The position numbers were made by a program, and so were the translations under genes. From positions 1-37,147 of the forward strand of contig JAZUKQ010000112.1 in NCBI GenBank assembly GCA_045643325.1: a DNA stretch of 37,147 nt, written 5' to 3'. The notes under the pieces are model-generated. The model was not told where the DNA came from. It searched no databases and worked only from the letters and a program-made list of their open reading frames with translations. The stretch is from Kiritimatiellia bacterium. Lineage in GTDB: Bacteria; Verrucomicrobiota; Kiritimatiellia; RFP12; JAZUKQ01. Of the stretch, positions 33,453 to 37,147 are shown piece after piece. How positions within the stretch are numbered: position 1 is the stretch's first letter; each line of letters opens with the position of its first letter.

Positions 33453-36356
33453 TTACTGGACCTGCGCCCAGAGGAAGCTGTAGAGCATCGCGTTCACGCC
33501 GATCGTCTCGTTGATCGTGAACTCGCTGTTGCATTCGGCGGTGCCAGCGCCAATGTCGCGGTAGCGGCGTTGCATCGGGATGTCGTCGCCGCGCGGATAG
33601 CCGTTCGCCGAACCGCGCCCGCGGGCCGTGCTGAGGCCGAACACCACGAAGCCGGGCGTCGGATCGCCGCGGAGGTCCGGCTCGGAGTAGAGCGAGGGCG
33701 AGATCTGCGGATGGAGCGGCGGACGGTAGCCGTGGCCGGTCACAAAGGTGCGCGAGATCGCGTTGCAACCGAGCTGGAAGTCGGCGTTGAGCGAGATGCC
33801 GTCGAGGAACTTCGGATCGCGGTTCAGGAACCACGCGCGGACGAGCGGCTCGGCGCGGAAGCCGCCCGCATTGCCGGCCGCCCAGTCGAACCAGAGCCCG
33901 CCGCGGTGGGGGCCTTCGAACCGCTCGGTCTGCCGCTTCGCGACCTTCTCGTACTCGGCGCGGAAACGCGTCCGGAGGTCCGGATCGAGCTTCGGATCCT
34001 CGTAGAGCGCGTAGTGCCAGATCTGGCAGTGCATCGGATAGGTCCGGAACGGCAGATCGCCCCAGACGGCCTTGCAATCGACGTTTCCTGCATGGCGCTT
34101 CACCTCGGCGAGATACGTCTCGTCCTTCGTCGTGAAGTAGAGCTCGCTTGCCGCCCACAAGCCGCAGCCGCGCTCCTCGCGGTCGTCCTTGGCGGCCGGC
34201 TGGCGGTTCGCCCAATCGTACGCCTTCTTCGCCGCCTCGGTGAACGTCGCGGCCTCCTTCGCGTCGTACTTCGCGTAGTGGCGCGCGAAGGTCGCGGCGA
34301 CGGCGGCGAACTCGAAGCTCGAGAAGCGGTCCGGCTTGAACCAGCCGTAGTCGTCCCACTGGAGGTGGTTCTGCCGCGCGCTGTCGCACTGGTTGCAGCG
34401 GCCCTTGTGGGCGCCGCCGTCGGGATACTGCGTGTCGCGGTAGAAGCGGAGCGCCCAGTGGGCCTCGTCGAGCACGTCCGGGATGCCGTTGCCGCTCTCG
34501 GGAAGGTCGAGGTCGCCGTCCTTGAACGCCTCCGGGAACATTTCCCACGCGTCCATCACGACCTGCGTCGCGCGGAGGTGGTAGGTGAAGCAGTCGTCGT
34601 CGCCCGCGTCGTGATAGCCGCCGGTCGCGCGCTTGAAACCGGTCTTGTCCGCCGGCACGGTCGCGTCGTCATACACACGGCCATTCACGTCGGTCCAGAC
34701 GTGGCAGGCGGGGCGGTTCACCTTCGACCACGGGGCCTTGAGCTCCTGTCCGCAGCGCTGGTGCAGGAAGACTCGGTTGACGTCGTAGTACATCTTGCGG
34801 AACTGCTCCTTGTCGCCGACGGAGAACGGCTCGGACCAGCCGAGACCGGACACGCGGATGCGGTAGCTGCCGACGCCGAGCGGCGCGAGGTCCATCTCGT
34901 AGACATCCTCGCCCGTGAACTCGCGGCAGCGGTTCTCGCTCTTGCCTTTTTCGGTGTCGACGCGCAGTTTGATCTCGCCGTCGAGCACCTTCTTCTTGCC
35001 GTCCGCCGTGTAGATTTCAAACGTCTTGTACATCGAGAAGTCGACGGTGCCGAGGTCGCCCGCCCACCAGCCGAGGTAGGCCCAGCGCTCCTGCGACTTC
35101 GGGAAATACGAGACCTGGTTGAACTTGAACGCGGGATTGACGGCCGTCATGTCGTAGACGAGGTCGACGGACTTCTTCATGCCGTCCGCGAGCTTTTCGG
35201 CGGCGACGGTGTAGGTCTTGCCCTCCGCGAGCGGTTTCTCAAGCGGGATGTAGACCGTGTGCGCGAGGAGCATTTCGCCGCGGAACTGGCCGATGGAGCC
35301 GTTCCGGTCCTCGTAGGAGAAGCGGCCGAACGTCCCGGGCACGAACGCGGTCTTGTAGGCGGGGTCGTCCTTCGAGGTGATGGAGAACGGCTTCGCCGCG
35401 AGCGCCTCCGCGACCCGCTCGGGCGACGGGCGGGTGGAACCGGTGAGCGCGCCGTCGATCGTGACCGCGAGGAGGTCTGGCTTGATGAGGTTCACTGAAC
35501 GGATGCCGCTCACGAATCCAAGCTTCACGGCCTCGGCGTACTTGAGCTTCGCCTCGCCGGCGGTCTTCTCGTCGTAGTAGCCGTCCGGGACCTGGGGCGG
35601 ATTGCCCCAGACCTCGCCCTCGCGCCTGGACTTGTCCTCGCGCGGACCGAAGTAGTCCTCGTCGTCGAGCGTGATGCCCCAGATCACGGGGCTCGCGTTC
35701 ATGAGCTTGGACGCGAGCACGATGGACGTGATCTCCTTCTCCGGATGCGGATTGTCGCAGCGCGTGCCGAAAATCGCGATGAACTTGTTCCATTTCATCG
35801 AATAGACGTTGCGGCTCATGTGGACGGGCCACGCGTCCTGCTCGTGGTTCTGCCACCAGGCGAACGCCCACCAGGGCTGGAGCTGCACCTCGACCGTCTG
35901 CGGGAAATCGACCGAGGAGCCGTCCGCGAACTTCACCGTGTAGACGGCCGCGGGACCCTTGGACGCATCGCAGCCCGAGTCGAGCACCTCGTTCTGGAAG
36001 AAGTAGATGTACTTCGCCTTCTTCGACGGGACGGCCACCTCGACGGTGTCGGCGACCTCAAGCGACTCGCCTTCGCGCCCTTTGAGGCGGATCACGTCCT
36101 TGCCTCCCGACGTCTTCGGATCGAGGAAGAAGAAATGGTAGTTGTTCTTGAACTGCTCGCCGACCGGCACCGGCGGGTAGGTCTCCATGTCGTTGACGCC
36201 CTCGTCCGACCAGCCGCCCTGGCCGTTCCCGGCGATGCCGTCGTCGGCGCGCGAGCAGTTCGCGACCCCGGAAATATCGACGAAAAACGGCGCCGCGACA
36301 AGCTGCGACGAACAAACGGCGGCCAATGCCGCGGCAAACGAGAGGGAGCGTTTCAT
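33453..36356 (-). CDS. Secreted glycoside hydrolase family 9 enzyme (endoglucanase-like) with a long N-terminal extension
   Basis: Signal peptide 'MKRSLSFAAALAAVCSSQLVAAP'. An Ig-like CelD_N-type segment precedes 'FLHQRCGQEL'. GH9 blocks 'GGYHDAGDDD', 'GIPDVLDEAHWALRFY', 'FVTGHGYRPPLHPQ' and 'SEFTINETIGVNAMLY'. ATG 36356 chosen within the annotated ORF. Confidence 0.78.
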   Translation of the reverse strand: MKRSLSFAAALAAVCSSQLVAAPFFVDISGVANCSRADDGIAGNGQGGWSDEGVNDMETYPPVPVGEQFKNNYHFFFLDPKTSGGKDVIRLKGREGESLEVADTVEVAVPSKKAKYIYFFQNEVLDSGCDASKGPAAVYTVKFADGSSVDFPQTVEVQLQPWWAFAWWQNHEQDAWPVHMSRNVYSMKWNKFIAIFGTRCDNPHPEKEITSIVLASKLMNASPVIWGITLDDEDYFGPREDKSRREGEVWGNPPQVPDGYYDEKTAGEAKLKYAEAVKLGFVSGIRSVNLIKPDLLAVTIDGALTGSTRPSPERVAEALAAKPFSITSKDDPAYKTAFVPGTFGRFSYEDRNGSIGQFRGEMLLAHTVYIPLEKPLAEGKTYTVAAEKLADGMKKSVDLVYDMTAVNPAFKFNQVSYFPKSQERWAYLGWWAGDLGTVDFSMYKTFEIYTADGKKKVLDGEIKLRVDTEKGKSENRCREFTGEDVYEMDLAPLGVGSYRIRVSGLGWSEPFSVGDKEQFRKMYYDVNRVFLHQRCGQELKAPWSKVNRPACHVWTDVNGRVYDDATVPADKTGFKRATGGYHDAGDDDCFTYHLRATQVVMDAWEMFPEAFKDGDLDLPESGNGIPDVLDEAHWALRFYRDTQYPDGGAHKGRCNQCDSARQNHLQWDDYGWFKPDRFSSFEFAAVAATFARHYAKYDAKEAATFTEAAKKAYDWANRQPAAKDDREERGCGLWAASELYFTTKDETYLAEVKRHAGNVDCKAVWGDLPFRTYPMHCQIWHYALYEDPKLDPDLRTRFRAEYEKVAKRQTERFEGPHRGGLWFDWAAGNAGGFRAEPLVRAWFLNRDPKFLDGISLNADFQLGCNAISRTFVTGHGYRPPLHPQISPSLYSEPDLRGDPTPGFVVFGLSTARGRGSANGYPRGDDIPMQRRYRDIGAGTAECNSEFTINETIGVNAMLYSFLWAQVQ

Positions 36357-36634
36357 GGGGGATTCTTTCTTTTTGTCCTTGCGCGGCATTCTACAGAAGC
36401 CGAGATTCCTGTGCAATGGGGAAATCTTCGGACCTTCCAGAGGCACTACGGAGCTCCGAGGGGACAGACCTCCAGAGCATTGAAAATAGCTCCGCCGGCT
36501 GTCAAAACCGGCTCCACGGCCGTTCCGCCTGCTTCGCGGTCTGGAACCGCACTCCTTCGCCCCCGGGTTTTACATCCCGTGGTTGTGTTTTGCGAGGTCG
36601 GCCGGAGCGGGTGCGAAGGCCTCTTTGCCAACCG

Positions 36635-37147
36635 TTGAAGCCAAGCAACGGCACGGAGACGACCGCCTCGCAGCGCACGGAGAAGGTGGTGGTGGGCTCG
36701 AAGGCGTATTATCCGACGGCCTACACGGACGCGACGAAGGACGCGAAGTGGTACAACGGAAACACGGGCGATTACCGCGACGAGAACGCTTCGCACTCGA
36801 TCGTCTTCGATCTGTCGACGCTGAAGGAGGGTCGCAAACTCATATCGCTCCGCGTCTGGCCGCGCAACGACGGCATCATCGAGTTCACGCGCTGCCGCCC
36901 CGGCAAGATCTACACGTCTTCCGACGCGGCGGCGTTCTCCGAAGACACCGAGATGTCGGCGGGCGACCGCGACGTCTACGCGGTGTCTTCGTCCGAGATC
37001 TCCGCGGTGAGCTGGACGCAGTTCGCGCGGTTCCAGGACGAGTTCTTCGATTTCGAATCGAAAGTCATCAACGTCCACGAGATCGTTCTCGAAGGACTGC
37101 CGAAAGACGCGCGTTACCTGAAGATCGACCGCATCGCCTACGACCAA
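36635..37147 (+). CDS. Hypothetical protein, 3'-truncated by the window edge; start codon uncertain (TTG 36635 or GTG 36686-36692)
   Basis: The frame gives clean protein-like sequence with high GC3 ('KVVVGSKAYYPTAYTDATKDAKWYNGNTGDYRDENASHSIVFDLSTLKEGRKLISLRVWPRNDG...YLKIDRIAYDQ') and has no stop up to the window edge. There is no in-frame ATG. GGAG at 36679-36682 precedes the GTG triplets. Confidence 0.5.
   Translation, partial: MKPSNGTETTASQRTEKVVVGSKAYYPTAYTDATKDAKWYNGNTGDYRDENASHSIVFDLSTLKEGRKLISLRVWPRNDGIIEFTRCRPGKIYTSSDAAAFSEDTEMSAGDRDVYAVSSSEISAVSWTQFARFQDEFFDFESKVINVHEIVLEGLPKDARYLKIDRIAYDQ

Noticed and set aside
33057-35498. 813-aa plus-strand ORF opposite the GH9 gene
   Set aside because: GH9 signature blocks are present on the minus strand. 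The plus ORF starts inside repeat locus D and is low complexity.
36446-37147. 233-aa minus-strand ORF at the right edge
   Set aside because: It is Arg/Val/Asp-rich and antisense-looking. The opposite (plus) frame gives protein-like sequence with high GC3.
1-37147. Search for tRNA, rRNA, tmRNA, RNase P, integrase/transposase genes or prophage genes
   Set aside because: I saw no cloverleaf-like segment, no conserved rRNA, tmRNA or RNase P signature strings, and no recombinase motifs in any intergenic region or ORF. This was visual inspection only, so tRNAscan/Infernal should confirm it.

Overview
GC-rich bacterial chromosomal window, roughly two-thirds G+C by eye. The content suggests a PVC-type polysaccharide degrader (Verrucomicrobiota, Kiritimatiellota or Lentisphaerota-like): PATR beta-strand-repeat protein, giant GLUG/InlB-B-repeat surface protein, several secreted beta-helix and GH enzymes. 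This is a taxonomic guess only. Layout, left to right: LysM protein 3' end, SEDS (FtsW/RodA) and a sugar-phosphate-isomerase-like TIM barrel. Then a ~470-nt array of GC-rich palindromic mosaic repeats, followed by ~860 nt with no convincing gene. Then a tight three-gene module of uncharacterised membrane, secreted and cytosolic proteins (3765-6202). Next come a metallophosphoesterase, a secreted esterase-like protein, an SGNH hydrolase and a 1135-aa GLUG/InlB-B-repeat surface protein. A decayed type I R-M remnant (hsdM N-terminus with an in-frame TGA) lies between that gene and a PATR surface protein. After a small orphan gene with visibly more A/T come two beta-helix proteins and a GH78-like hydrolase. 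A 10.5-kb minus-strand sbcD-sbcC-addB-addA operon follows, then a GH9 enzyme and a 3'-truncated gene. No tRNA, rRNA, CRISPR array, transposase or integrase was recognised. The features most worth follow-up are: (i) the composite repeat family found at four intergenic loci; (ii) the hypothetical three-gene module and the gene-poor stretch upstream of it; (iii) the R-M relic. No complete, clearly novel multi-gene system can be demonstrated from sequence alone. All functional calls rest on motifs I recognise by eye, not on database searches.
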